Of a stretch of 64,000 nucleotides of DNA, positions 18,038 to 38,456 are shown piece after piece. Location of the stretch: the NCBI RefSeq assembly GCF_009914755.1, contig NC_060935.1; one strand, 5' to 3'. The notes under the pieces were generated by a model. The model was not told the DNA's origin, did no database searches, and was given only the letters and a program-made list of their open reading frames with translations. Each line of letters opens with the position of its first letter. Position 1 is the first letter of the stretch. The position numbers and the translations under genes are program-made. This DNA is from the human T2T-CHM13v2.0 reference genome, Homo sapiens.

Positions 18038-21000
18038 AATTAATGAATTATTAACTAGGATGATTTCTTTGACTTAAAAATTTTCATGTGGTTGTATTCA
18101 ACTTTGGGGTGGTAAAAACATTTATATATTGAATTACTTGCTGGTCAAGCCATGGGGCGCAGCCATAAGAAAATGGTTGTTATGGGCTTGTGTTATTTTC
18201 CATTAGTTTTAGGGACTTGTCTTAACCATCCAGGTAGCAGCAGCCACTCCACCAGGGGAACTATTAGAACATGTTGGGGACCACTAACTGGACACAATGA
18301 ATATGAGCAAGACTCCTAAATCAATCTATCTGAAGGCTTACTACCATCATCCCCTCTTTTTCTCCTACCTTCTACACAGGCTGCCTTCTTTCATGATTTT
18401 CCTGGAATTCTCCTCCAATGATTATGGGGTTTGCGTTAGTTAGGCTGCTTTACATGCAAGGAAGAGAGATCAAGTCAGGCTATTGTTGTGGGCTGGGAGG
18501 TTGCTGTAAGTGAAAGAGGATATTAAAACTTTTTAAAGTCTCAGTTTACGCTGAGGTGGCAAAATGAGATGAGATACCACCACATAGATTTGCAATTTGA
18601 TGAAGAAGAAAACCAGTTTCGCACCTTTGATCATCGAATTCCAGTCTATACAAGAAGTTAGAGAGGCCAGGAAAAGGTTGTTAGAAATTAGGGGACAACT
18701 TTTGGAAAGAGCTTTTGGTGTGCTATCAGTCCTACTCTTTCCCCCACCGAGGAGCAGGTAAAAGGTAATTCCTCCTCCATCTCAAATCTGGGTGAAAGGT
18801 CTTCAGAGAGATTTCTCAGATGGTTCAGTATGTGTCCCCTGCAGTCTGGGCATTCAGGTCTAGTTTATGACTCATCCCTGAGAAATCTAGGGAGTAAGTG
18901 GCTGAGGAGCTAACCGCACTGACAGCAGAACACAGAAGAGGTGGCTGCTGCCCTGGGCTGGGCCTGCACTCCCGAGTTTGTCAGGGCAAAGAATGGAGGA
19001 GTGTTTCTTGTCAACTTGTTATGAGAGAGAGTTGGGGAACAGTCATGTGAAATCTTGCTGGAGACAGCTGACTAGGGTGTTGGGGGCCGGTGATAGGTCC
19101 CCAACAGAAAAACAGGGATTTTGTATGTGTGGGAGGGGAGTGCAGAATTGAAAACCAGGGACCAACAGAAAAGTTGTTACCAACTTCTAAGGACAGTACT
19201 TGCCCTGGATCAAGGGAATGCAGATGAAATCCCATTTGAAATGGGGAAGCTTGTCCTCCAAAGAACCTACTAAAACACTCCCATGAGACAATGTGTCAGC
19301 CTTAAATGCCAGCTAGGTCCAGAAAGTAGACATGAGCTTGAGACAGTATCAGTCAAGTGAGAGCTTTCTTACCGTTTTCCATGTTTCCCTCTTCCCTTCA
19401 GCACTGAGAGAGGAATCATGGAAGCTCAAGGCAAAGAAAATGGCAGCAGGCCCAAGTTAGGAAAGGGGATTGGCATAACTTTGAAAGAAGTTTAAATTGT
19501 TGCAATATTCTGAACATACTAATTACTCGTTGGAGGACCTTTTGTTACCACAAAGAAACCAGAAGTCATAGGATTTACCATATATTTTATTGAGCAGAAG
19601 TCAATAGCCTCACAGTATGAGTTTTAAAGGAAAGAGACAAAAATTAAGTTGCTTGACTCCCCAAGAGTAATGCTTGTTGGGTGTAACACAAATGAGGAAA
19701 GGGAAGACTGAAGACAGAATGATATCAGCGGTGGTTCTAGGCATGGCTCCTCCCCACATTTCTCTCCCCTGATCTGTGACTGTCCCTCTCATTGGCACCT
19801 CTGCTTTGCTCTGCATACCTGTCCCCCTTCTCTTCTACTTCCCACAGAACAGTCCTTGCAGTATTCTCCAGCCCATTTCTAAAGACATCTGGTGCCATCA
19901 TGCACCTTATCAAACATGACCAATGGCCTTTGTCCATACCACCTCATGGGTCACCAGTCAGCCCCAGCACAAACTGTTCCTCGGTCACCTGCCTTACTCA
20001 GCAGCCTCTGCTGAAACCCAGGGGGCGAGGAGGAGAAAACACTTAGAGCTGCTTCCCTGAACTTTAGCTAGAATGGGATATTGGGATACTAGTATAGAAA
20101 ACAGTCACTAACATATCCAGGCCAAGGTTACTTCTCCTCAATAAAAGGAAAAGGAACCTTAGAATAAGCCCAGGAATGAGAAGGTGAGGGGTTATTACAA
20201 GTCATTAGATAATTACAGTCACAGAGCATTTTTATTTTTGTCCTTTACTGGGGCACAGGACAGGGATTCTTAAAAGTTCTTTGTACACTAACAGTGAATT
20301 TTTTTAAATTAGGTTCAAGACTCCGTACAAAAAAGTAACATTGTTTCTTTGAATGTTAATTTTCTTGCCTATAAAATCAGAGTCCCTAGGTGATCTCCAA
20401 GAGGACTCACATTTCCAGCATTTGCTTTTCCATGTCTTGTCTAATCCTTACAAGTTCCTTTGAGTTAGATATAATTAGGCCAGTTTAAAGATAAGAAAAC
20501 AGGCCCAGGGAAGTTAATTGCCCTAACCAAAGTCACAATGCTAGTAACAAATGGAACAGGGATTTGAACCTAGGTGTGTTAGGCCCCAAATCCATCTGCT
20601 TCAAATAGTCCCCCTGAATCTGTGATTCAGTGAGTTGGGGCGGCTCTAAAAAGATTACTACCTGGCCAGTGTTTCTGCTAGCTCCTGTTCAGTTTTCTGC
20701 AAAAGGGACTAAGAAGAGGCCACTGCCACAGGAGAGGGTCAACACAATGGAGCTATGTGACCCCAGAAGTCAGAGAAGAGTATATAATAAAGCTCTCAAC
20801 AGGCCAGGAGGAGTGAACCAAAGCAGAGCCAGACACAGCAGGGAAGGTGGAACAGTGCAAAGCAAACTTTAGCCAGTGCAGTGTGGGGTCAGCTTCTGGG
20901 AAGGGACGCCATTAGATGGGGTGTCTGAGAAGCAAGGAGTCTTCTGCACAGTCCTAATCTGCCAAGCTCCCCCTTGCAGTGTTTCGAGCTTTTACGAGGA

Positions 21001-22201
21001 GACTTTTACATGCCCCACTTTCTTTGGCTGCATTCACCAATAAATGGTTAATTGTTACCAGAAGCATCATCTGAATCACAGAGGCTAACAATGAGATTCT
21101 CACATTCACCCTTGTCCTGGGTACTGTGTTTTTAAGAAGAAAAACGGTCCATACACTTTTATATGGAAGTTGGAAGAGAATAGATTGTGAATATTGCTTT
21201 TTCAGTATTAATAAGGCAATAGAGAAAGCTACATCTTTAGTCAGAGTGTATTTGATAATCTATTTTTAAATTATTTATAGCAAAGAATTAATACTTCATG
21301 TTATCAAGCTCCAGGTTTTATGGTTTCTTTTAGATGCTAAGAATGTAAAATCCATTATGCTCCTGATCCATTGCAACTTTTAGATTGATTATTGTGTTTT
21401 GTTGGGTAGAAGTTCAAATAAATAACCAACATTAAGCTGATGGGCTAGGGTAAATTGAAAAAAGAAATTCCATCAGAAATTAGTTTGGAAGGATTAAAAT
21501 ATTCATGAGATTAGTTCAAATAAGTAAGAAAAACGCAGGCTGTATAAACAGGAATATGTAGGTTGGAATAATAAAGGCTTCCACTTCTTATTCTCTAGAT
21601 GTCAAATTAGACTAACTCCAAAAACCTAATGAATTCTTGCTTATGAACTACTGCCTCACTCTAGTCCATCTCTATTAGAGGCAGAAACTGCCCTCTCCTG
21701 ACCACCTTTTCTGGCCACCCCACAAGTTAGGAGAACTCTCCCTTTCTCTCTCTCTCTACTCCCTCTTCCCCTTCCCACCCAAGCTGCCAGAGAAGGGGAA
21801 GAGCCAATATTTGCTTTCTGGTGCTGAAGCCTCAGATCACTGCCCACCAAAGACTTGCAGTTTGCCAAATTTGATTTTCTTCAAAATATTTTTTGGCACG
21901 TATTGTGTCCCAGGGATACAGTAATGAAAAGATATGGAAGAGAAGTTTTTACTTTCTGCTCTCAGCGTTTTCATCTAATGGGAGAAACAGTTATGCTAGT
22001 ACAAAGTATAGACGAGGGCTGAATAACTCTTGCCCAGCTCTCTGGCCTGAGTTCTGGTGGTAGCTGCCTTAGCTGGGCTCCTGGTCAATTGAAAGACCAG
22101 ACCTGCAGATCTCCTTCCCTACAGCATAAAATCCCTGAGGGTTCTGCTTTGGCTGACTTGGTCTGTGAAGAAAATTTTCCCTTTGAAACAACGCCCTAAG
22201 T

Positions 22202-22878
22202 CAGGGGTTCCCCAACCCCCAAGGCCACAGGCCAAGATTAGTCTGTGGCCTGTTAAGAACCGGGCCACACAGCAGGAGGTGAACAGTGGAGAAGCAAGTG
22301 AATCTTTGTCTGTATTTACAGCGGCTCTCCATCACTTGCATTACCGTCTGAGCTCCGCCTCCTGTCAGATCAGCAGAAACCTTAGATTCTTTTAGGAGCG
22401 CAAACCCTATTGTGAACTGCACATGTGAGGGATCTAGGCTGCATGCTCCTTATAAGAATCTAATGACTAATGATCTGTCACTGTCTCCCATCACCCCCAG
22501 ATGGGACCATCTATAACCAAGAAAACATATCACAAGGACAGGGTTTTTTTCTGTCTTAACCAGCAATATTTGCAGTGTCTTACATACTGTTTGGCATACA
22601 GAAAGAGCTTGATAGTTACTTGTTGAAAAAAGGAATGAACAAATTGGACTCACTTGTCCAGCTTTCTTATAATGTAGAATCAGGGCTCCCACTGATTCTA
22701 CATTATAGTGAGTTGTATAATTATTTCATTATATATTACAATGTAATAATAATAGAAATAAAGTGCATATGTAATGCACTTGAATCATCCCAAAACCATC
22801 CCCCTCTGCCACCCAGTCTGGGGAAAAATTGTCTTCCAGGAAAACAGTTCCTCATGCAGAAAATGTTGGGGACCGCTA
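22202..22878 (+). mobile_element. MER1A hAT-Charlie element carrying a ~155-bp foreign insert
   Basis: TIRs caggggttccccaacc / gttggggaccgct, 8-bp TSD ccctaagt/tcctaaat, typical internal motifs. Confidence 0.88.
22525..22670 (+). repeat. Direct local duplication, copy of 23338-23483
   Basis: 146 bp, 3 mismatches in ungapped alignment. Confidence 0.97.
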
Positions 22879-23184
22879 TCCTAAATGGAAATAAGGTTCT
22901 ATAGTACTGTTAGTACAATACTGTTGTTTAGCTGTAGAATAAGTTAAGTGAGCCTCTGGACCTGCCCAGAAATCTAGCAGCCACGATTTTCAACATCATT
23001 TGTATGGGAAAATACTTTCTGAATTCCAAACAATTGCCCTGCCTATGTTACATAAATAAAGCACAACTAATGGGAACATATAACACAGAAGTAATAAAAC
23101 ACAACTAACTTTGATTATTCTCAGATTAACTCGTTTGGAGTAGTACAGGTTCCTCATTTTTCACATTGCTGACTACCTGACTCA

Positions 23185-23455
23185 GTCCCTGAATGTTACC
23201 TCCTCAAAAAAAGCTTTCTCTGATCACCCGATCTAAAATTGAGAATTTTAGTTTTTCTTCCTCATACACATCACCACCTGAAATATTATTTATTTACCTG
23301 CTTACTTATTTATGATCTGGCTTCCCCATTAGAATGTACATATCACAAGGACGGGTTTTTTTTCTGTCTTAACCAGCAATATTTGCAGTGTCTTACATAC
23401 TGTTTGGCATACAGAAAGAGCTTGATAGTTACTTGTTGAAAAAAGGAATGAACAA
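23185..23455 (+). mobile_element. L2 3' end
   Basis: aatgttacctcctc...ccccattagaatgt...ttgttgaa..gaatgaa tail. Confidence 0.7.
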
Positions 23456-23804
23456 ATTGGACTCATTTGTCCAGCTTTCTTATTCTCCACTCTTTAAAGC
23501 AGCCTTGCTGTCACAGTGTCTCATAGTCCTTAAGAAGGGATATTGATTTCATGATCTCTAAGCATCTTTCAAGGCCTAAAATTTTATGATTCTTTGCTCT
23601 CTCAATAATGACATTTGTGAGCATATGAAAATCTTGAGAGGACAGAGAATCCTGTGCTTCATTTCTGTCTGTATTTCTCACCTGAGCCTAACTTATAACC
23701 AGGTCTATCAACTTTCTGAGCCCCCTTAATCCCTCTCTACTCTCCTCTCCTCGTTCTGTCTTTCCTGGCCCAGGAAACATATGCCAAGAATAGTGGAAAT
23801 CTAG

Positions 23805-24071
<267 letters not shown>

Positions 24072-24159
24072 TAATTCAATTTTCTTAAAAACAGAACAAA
24101 ACAAACATTTTCCCCCTATTTTTTCTTTGGGTATATTATAGTGGTTAAGAACTTTGGAT

Positions 24160-24284
24160 AGATTCTCAGATTTGGGATGCTCAACCTGTAATAATGGCTG
24201 TAACATAATATTAAAAGTTTTGAACGATTTATAAAATGAAATATAATTTGTCTAAAAAATACTTTATTTTATATCCAAACCTAA
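24160..24284 (+). repeat. Direct local duplication, copy of 25201-25330, inserted in a MIR (~24131-24500)
   Basis: About 125 bp, roughly 88% identical with one 5-nt indel. Confidence 0.92.
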
Positions 24285-24470
24285 GAACGTGGATTCTGAA
24301 GTTAGACAGTTTGAGTTTAAATCACAGTTCTACACTTACTGGCTGTATAATGAATTTGTTACTTAGCTTTTCTGGGCTTCTGTTTCCTAACCTATAAAAT
24401 GGAGAATAATACCAGTATTTACCTTAAAGAAATAGTGTGAGGGTTAAATGAGATGATTTAAGTACTATAA

Positions 24471-24668
<198 letters not shown>

Positions 24669-24708
24669 TGAATTATTAATCAGTTATTTTTTTAAGTATA
24701 AGAAATAT

Positions 24709-25229
<521 letters not shown>

Positions 25230-26153
25230 TGATAATGGTTGTAACAAAATATTAAAATAAAAGTTTTGAATGAATTATAAAATGAAATATAATTTGTCCA
25301 AAAAGTACTTTCTTATATACCCAAACCTAAAAGAGTATATTCTACACTGCTGGCACTTTAAAAATCTGGAATATAAAATATTTTTGAGGCATAATTTTCA
25401 ATCTTATATGTTCTCTAATTCCTTTGTTTTTACACAAAATATCTGATTTTTTTTTTTTTTTAACAATCTTGACCTCTCTTCAAACTATCTGCAAAATCAG
25501 TGAGGTCCCCACTAAGATTGTCTGTTCATCTGGGACATTTCTGTCTCAGAATCATAAACATCTGGTCTTTTTTCAAAAGGTTCCTTACTGAATTTCAGTT
25601 GCTGTTATTGGTTGCATCCATGTTGGTTCAGTTGTTCTTTTAGTCTTACTTTCTTATTGCATTATTTTTACTAATTTACACAAATACAGAAGGTTTTGGA
25701 AAACTGATCAGCAATTTGTTTGCTCATGCAATTCAGCTACTTTGTAAGTGAATCTGACTCACTCACATGGTGAAATCAACCATTAAGTAATCGGACCATA
25801 GTTAGACGATTCAAAGTAGATATATAGGCCAAATAAGCCTATAATTTCAAGCATATATCGTGAGGACTATTCTAAATATTCTTTCAAGCATTACACATTT
25901 AAGTCCCTCAGCAACCCAGTAAGCTGTAGAGACTTGCTAATGAGGAGACTGGAGCACAGAGAAGTTTTATGACTTGCCTAGAGCAAGTGGGAGAATCGAG
26001 ATTCATTTCAGGAGGGCTCCTTCAGATCACTGCTCCTAATCACTAAACTATACATTTTCTTTTCTCCACATAATGTCGAACACTCACATGCTTGAATGAA
26101 CTTTCCTCATTTTAGCTGGCTATTTTATCATACAGTTCAACATCCTATAATCC

Positions 26154-26332
26154 CAATGCTGTGCAACCTTAGATGCACATTAGAGTCACCTGAGAAATTT
26201 TTTTAACCCAGGTGATGCCTGTATCTCACCCATACAGAAGGCTGATATATTGCCCTGGGATGTTGTGTGGGCTTCTGGATTTTTCAAAGCTTCTAGGAGA
26301 TTCAAATGTGTAACTAAGGTTGAAATCACTGA
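26154..26332. mobile_element. MER5-type hAT MITE
   Basis: tgcacattagagtcacctg...aaggttgaaatcactg. Confidence 0.6.
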
Positions 26333-26554
26333 TCCACTGTTAGTGAATCCAGCCATTAGCCAATTAACTTCAGTTAGGAGCAACTTCTTGCTTTTGTCCA
26401 CATGAAATTCTATGTTGGAGGAAACTAGAATTATTAGTTGTAACTGGAGTATAAAAATTCCCGGCTCCTAAGAAATATAGGTCCACTTATAATGTAATAA
26501 GCATGACTTACAGAAAAATTTTTATGGCAAATCTTTCAACTCTTAAAGACTTTA

Positions 26555-26854
<300 letters not shown>

Positions 26855-27630
26855 GACTTTAACAGATAAATTTACCCTTAACACACTTTTAAATCATTTC
26901 TGTCCCTGTTTGTGATCTAGATTATTTTTCTTAATTTTTCTTCTTTTGATCGTGCCCTTCAGTTACTAAATATTGAATTTGTACCATAGTATCCATATAA
27001 AAGCATCTCGCAGAGAAATACAGTTGGTTATTCACTATAAAATTCTTTTCAATATCTATGTAATTGAAAATAAATTTATATTTTATGAACCTACTGACAA
27101 AGTAAGACTTTTTTGTCTTCTTTGTCTAAAATGCCTTTCTTCAGGAGACTAGCTACAGCCTACCCTGAAACTACTTGCTGTTAGATTTACAAATAAGTAC
27201 GTTGTTATTACTGACATGCAAAATCTTTTCAAATTAAAAAGATAGTAATCTGTTCATGTTTTTGCTATATGTTGGATTATGTCTGTGACTATAAACTTAA
27301 AGAATGTTTGATCACTGCAGTTTAACCATCTGAATTGTGAAACATGATTTCACCATAGCAGTCAGATTCGGTCACAATGGAGGTGAATTGAATGGTCAGT
27401 TACACATTGTCCAGTTCTCCAAATCACCTGTAATAGACAGTGTAAAACAGCAAAAGCAATACAATAGGATAGTAAAGAATGAACAACCAAACCAAAAGTT
27501 CTTAAGTATGTTCCTAAAGTAATTGCAGACACAATCTAAAATGAATGATCAGAATAACTGCACATCACTATTGCTAAAATTGTGAATCAGCATGTGGCAA
27601 CTCTTCCTTAATCCAGAAACTTTCTTTTAG

Positions 27631-27756
<126 letters not shown>

Positions 27757-28549
27757 TGACTTTTAATTATGAACTGAAGTCATGGGAAAAGCATGGTACC
27801 ATGACTGACTGAGACAAAATAAAATTCAAGTGGAGTCCTCATCTCATTACAAGCTGTTACTCAAAAAATATCATAATCTCAATAATAATCAGAAAAAAAT
27901 GTTGGGGTTTATAATTCACACAGTAAACTCAAATGTGCAGTTTCTTTATGTCCTAAAACTTGATTTGGTCTTCCTCATGAGCCTGCTTCCTCCTGGGTGA
28001 TGGGGCAAGTCTAAAGGACCATTCTAAGCTGATTCTCTGCTGGGTTAAATTGTCTCTTTTGAATGACATGTTCTCCTTTGGTCTGTACCACTGACATTTG
28101 AACCAGATAATTCTTTGTTGTGAGGTACTGTACTGTTTTCTCTAGATTGTACATGCTGGTCCTCTGGTCTTACTTCCATATCTCCTTATCCTCATCTGTC
28201 TAGAAAACTCCAACTCACCCTCAGGCTTGGACTTTGATTATCAATTTCTTTGTGAATCATTTTGTAATCTCTCCAGGAAATCTTGGGAGCTCCTTCCCCA
28301 GTGTTTTCTTGTTTTATTGTAATTCTTGCTGAAAGATGTTGAAATTGTCTATTTATGCATCTGTCTCATTAATACACAGAGCAGGCTATATCTTTTCAAC
28401 TATATTTCCATGGCACCTGATAAATAATCTGTGCTTATTAGTTATTGAATGACTGAATGTCAATGAATATAGATATATTCATTGAAGGGATTAATCAAAT
28501 AAATAGCTTAGATCATAGGTTAAAACCTTTGTGAATTGTTTATTGTAGT

Positions 28550-31200
<2,651 letters not shown>

Positions 31201-31383
31201 ATCTCAATTCCAGGCTCTAAAACCACATATTCAACAACCAGCTGTGCAACCGGTGCAGACATCTCAAACTCCTAAATTGACCGCATCTTCCCTTTTTCTG
31301 AAAACTGCCTCCTCTTCTACTCTATCTGTCCCACTTAAGGATCCCACCATTATCCAGTCACCCAAGCCAGAAACTTGGGAGTT

Positions 31384-32302
<919 letters not shown>

Positions 32303-32511
32303 TAGAAATGTTCTTTTCACTTTCCATATTCAGAAGGCCTCCAAGTCCCATCAGTTCTACTTTGACCACTTCTCCTTCTCTGCCATGGTCCTAGTTCAGG
32401 CCTTATTATCTCTCACCCAGATCTTTCAATTGTGTCTTACCTGGTTTTCTTCCCTGACTAGACTGGAATCTTTCCATTTCTCCTTCACACTGCCTCAGAG
32501 TCACCTTTCTA

Positions 32512-32730
<219 letters not shown>

Positions 32731-33695
32731 AACATAAACCTGGTCTTGTCAATCTTCTGCATAAAACCATTCAATTAATGACTCTCCCGTCAGTTCAGAG
32801 GTGCCAGGGAGCATGAAAGGGGTTTTGTTCTTGACTGCTTTTTTAAAAAAATAAACTTTTAAAATCAGTTTTAAATTTACAGAATTATTGCAAGGATACT
32901 AAGAGAGTTCTCATATACGCCACAACAGTTTCCTCTATTACTGACATCTTACATTGTACGGTACATCTATCATAATAAATGGAGAAGTAGGTCTGGCCCA
33001 AATTGTGTGCCATTCAGAGAAGTTTGAACTCTAGCAGGTAATAGAGAGTCATGGAATTCTGTTTCTTAGTAGCCTGTTTCTGGTTTATGAGGACAGCAGT
33101 ACCTTAAGCTTATCTAGCCCAATCTACCCTTCTACTTGAAATTCCCTTTAGATACAAAGTAGCCACCCAACCTGTGATTCAATGCCATCTATAAAACAAA
33201 GCTCACTGCCTTTTGAGAGAACGCACTTCAGCTACATGCAGTTCTTGTTAATGAGTTATTTTTATATGATTCTCAAATGTACATCTTCAGCACAAACTGA
33301 TGTGTGTCCTCGTCTCTGGAACTACATTTTTTTTCCCTGCCAAATATTTTCACGTGGATGTCCCAAAGGCATTTCAAATTCAATGTACCTAAAGCAGGAC
33401 TCATTAAGTTTCTCTTCAAAAATTTTCTCCTCCATTTCCTTTTTACCATCTGCCCAGACACTCAAGATAAAAATGTCACCGTCAGCTTCTACTCTTTCCT
33501 TTTTCTTGCTCCCTATTTGACTGAGTATAGTGAGTCTAGGAAACAAGGAATTTAAACATTCATATGGCTTCTATGATAACTGACAATTATCTTTAAATTG
33601 TCATTATTAAGTCATGGTGAATAGGAGTTCATACTATCTCCCCAAACTAACTAGGATGAATTCACAATTTTTAAAAAGGTATTAACAATTTTTAA

Positions 33696-34313
<618 letters not shown>

Positions 34314-34370
34314 GGTATTAACAATTTTAAAACCTCAAGGTGAGCTCAACAGTTAAAGAATATTAGGGAG

Positions 34371-34732
<362 letters not shown>

Positions 34733-34754
34733 TCAAATAACTTAACAATTCTCT

Positions 34755-35050
34755 CTTTTTTTTTTTGAGACGGAGCCTCACTCTGTTGCCCAGGCTTGAG
34801 TGAAATGGCACAACCTTGGCTCACTGAAACCTCCACCTCCCAGGTTCAAGCGATTCTCCTGCCTCAGCCTCCCAAGTAGCTGGGATTACAGCTGCCCACC
34901 ACCACACCTGGCTAATTTTTCTATTTTTTAGTAGAGGTGAGGTTTCATCATGTTGGTCAGGCTAGTCTCAAAGTCCCGACCTCAGGTGATCCACCAGCCT
35001 TAGCCTCCCCAAATGGTGGGATTACAGAAGTGAGCCACCTTGCCCAGCCT
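34755..35050 (-). mobile_element. Alu (AluS-like)
   Basis: Reverse-complement dimer. Confidence 0.9.
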
Positions 35051-35280
35051 CAATTCACTTAATCTCATGAGATGTCATAAATCTTAGGTTTAGGGAAAAT
35101 GACTACAAAAAATTTGCATTTGACTAATAAGAAGGGCTGTTTTCATGACTTGACTCTTCCTACTGAAGCCAGAAATTATGTTTCTGCTTCTCACAGTTCA
35201 ATGGAAATAAATGACAGAAAAAAAAGTCTAAGTTTAATGGCATCAGGAACAAAAAGAGCTTTATAATAAAGAACAAATCA

Positions 35281-35610
35281 CCTGGGCATGGTGGCTCCCA
35301 CCTATACTACCAGCACTTCGGGAGCCAAAGGCAGGAGGATTGCTTGAGCCTAGGAGTTTGAGACAAACCTGGGCAATATAGTGAGACCACATCTCTACAA
35401 AAAAAAAATTTTTTTAAAGTAGCCAGGCATTGTGGCACACATCTGTGGTCCCAGCTACTTATGAGGCCGAGATAGGAGCATCACTTGAGCCTGGAAGGTT
35501 GAGGCTGTAGTAAGCCATGTTCAGGCCGTTATACTCCAGCCTGGGTGACAGAATGAGATCCTGTCTCAAAAAATTAAATTAAATTAAATTAAATTAAATT
35601 AAATAAATAA
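35281..35610 (+). mobile_element. AluJ-like with (TTAAA)n tail
   Basis: Dimer, aacaaatca flanking repeat. Confidence 0.88.
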
Positions 35611-37010
35611 CAAATCATTTTATGGAAATGTAATAGATTTAATTTCTCTTTGTTTTAATAAATATTCATTTTTAACATTATTAAGTTTACTTGCAAAAGT
35701 AATTAAAACTATTTCTGGTACCATCACAAGAATTGAAAATTGCCTGGAAATAGAACAATATATGTTAATTAATTTCTTTGGTGAAAGTTTAGAATGAGTA
35801 ACAAAGGATATTTAATAATGGAACTAATGAAAATATTTCTCCATTTATCTCTCAGCAATAACCAAAAATATAAATCACTGGGAAGGCTACACAGCTGTTT
35901 TGTTACATGATTATCTTTTTTTGTTGTTGTTTTAATTTATAACTATTTTCTTTTTTTCATGTATTAGTTGTTATAAGTAACACTGCATGATTTCAATTAT
36001 CTGGTTTTATTTAGCATGCTTATTAGAAAATGAAGGAAACTGGAATTTCCAAATGATTGAGATTAACAAATGGAAAGCTGGAGAAACTAGACAAAGGGAA
36101 TCAAGGAAATTACCATCAGGATTTCAAGTATGAGGAGACATAAGGCTAACTTGGATCTTTCAGGAGAAAATTTCAAGAACATATATTTTAATCAGGATCC
36201 TAGGTCCCCAACTTAACGTTTTAACTAAATTATCTCTCCCAGTTTCTATGTATATTTCTTGGGCATTTTGCTGGGGGGCAGCTGAGGCAGGGAGGGAAAT
36301 GTGGTCTTCCACTTCTTCCTCCTTTTTACTTTCTGACCCCAGAAATCCAAAGGTGTTTGTAGGGTTATGAAAAAGAAGTAGTTTTTATTCCCTAACATTT
36401 CAAAAGGCCGAGGGAGATAGCTATTGAGGAGCACATTACTATTCTAAAGGGATACGTGATGTCATAGGAGAGCCTTAGCCTCTAAGAGTGGATGCAACAT
36501 CTCAAAAGGGCCCCCATTCCCAGCTTTCGAAAGAGACCAAGAACTGTGTGTGCTACCTCCCAAGCATGCCAGGCCCTTAGGTCAAACATCTCCCAAATGT
36601 TGCATTAATTCCTTCTGTTTACAGTGTCTAACTATAGTTTTTTTTCCTCATCCTTTGACATTTGAAAATCATAAATTTTCCTTAAGGCATTCAAGCTTGT
36701 AATCAAAATAATTATCTCTCAACATATGAGATCCTAAAACACCAAACCCTAGCTTTGTAATTTAGTAATCTGGACTTAAACGGTTTTACTAAATTGTTTG
36801 AGGCAGATAAATAATATATGCCTTTCTTTCTAACTTCAAGCCACCAGCAATATTTGAGCCTTTTCCATGGGACTGGTATTGCTTTATATTATAATTATTT
36901 GTGGTTTTAATCATTGGATTATAAGCTCTCTTGAGGGAAGGAGCCATGCCTTATTCACCCTTGCATCCTTCTACATCTAGCTCTGAACCTTGCCCATAAT
37001 AAGAATTTAT

Positions 37011-37234
37011 GGCTGGGCACCGTGGCTCACACCTATAATCCCAGGTGTGATGATGAAACCCCGTCTCTACTAAAGATGCAAAAAAAATAGCTGGGCATGG
37101 TGGCGGGCGCCCGTGGAAGGCACCCGTGGAGGCTGAGGCAGGAGAATCGCTTGAACCTGGGAGGTGGAGGCTGTGGTCAGCCAAGATCACGCCACTGCAT
37201 TCCAACCTGGGCAACACAGCATAGACTAGATGAT

Positions 37235-37294
<60 letters not shown>

Positions 37295-37810
37295 CAGATA
37301 GAATTCATGGCCGGGTGGCTCATGCCTGTAATCCCAGCACTTCGGGAGGCCGAAGCAAGCAGCTTGCTTGAAGCCCAGGAGTTTGAGACCAACCTGACCA
37401 ACATGATGAAACCCCGACTCTACAAAAAAAATACCAAAAAAAAAAAAAAAGATTAGCCAAGTGTTCTACTACTGCAGTTTCGCTACTCAGGAGGCTGAGG
37501 TGGAAGGATCACCTGAGCCTCAGGAGGTTGAAGCTAAAGTGAAGCTGAGATGGTACCACTGCACTCCAGTCTGGGTGACAGAGCAAGCCCTGTCTCATGT
37601 TTTTGGTTTTTTTGGTTTTTTGTTTGTTTGTTTTGAGACAGGGTCTCGCTCTGTCACCTGGGCTGAAGTGTCATGGTGCAGTCATAGCTCACTGTAACAT
37701 TGAACTTCTGGGCTCAAGCAATCCTCCCGCCTCAGTCTCTCAAGTAGTGGGGACTACAGGTGCACACCACTACGCCCAGCTAATTTTTTATTTTTATTTT
37801 TGGTTTTTGT
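37011..37810. mobile_element. Alu cluster: internally deleted Alu (37011-37225 +), Alu (37309-37597 +), partial Alu (37598-37810 -)
   Basis: Alu motifs on both strands. Confidence 0.88.
37235..37302 (+). repeat. (TAGA)15 CAGA TAGA tetranucleotide STR
   Basis: Counted directly. Confidence 0.95.
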
Positions 37811-38162
37811 GTTATTTGCTAAGAATTCCTGCATTTAAGAAATGATCATGTGATAGAGATATGCATGTGGTAACATATTGAATGCTTTAAGATTCCTAAA
37901 TACAATTAAATCTCAGTGACAAAGCAGAAAATGTTATCATCTCCTTCTAAGTACCCATCTCAGTTACACTCTTGGCAGCTTCTGACAAGAGATACTGAAT
38001 CTAAACCCCTGTGCCTTTTTTCTTTCATCATATTCCCTCAAGACTTTTATTACTTCCTCCAGTTTATATCACCATTATTCTCACCAGCCTACCTCTTTCT
38101 ATTTTATGCTCTTGCTTCTAATTCTCCTATTGCTCTGTTGTCTCCCCATGAGCACCTCCTGA

Positions 38163-38456
<294 letters not shown>

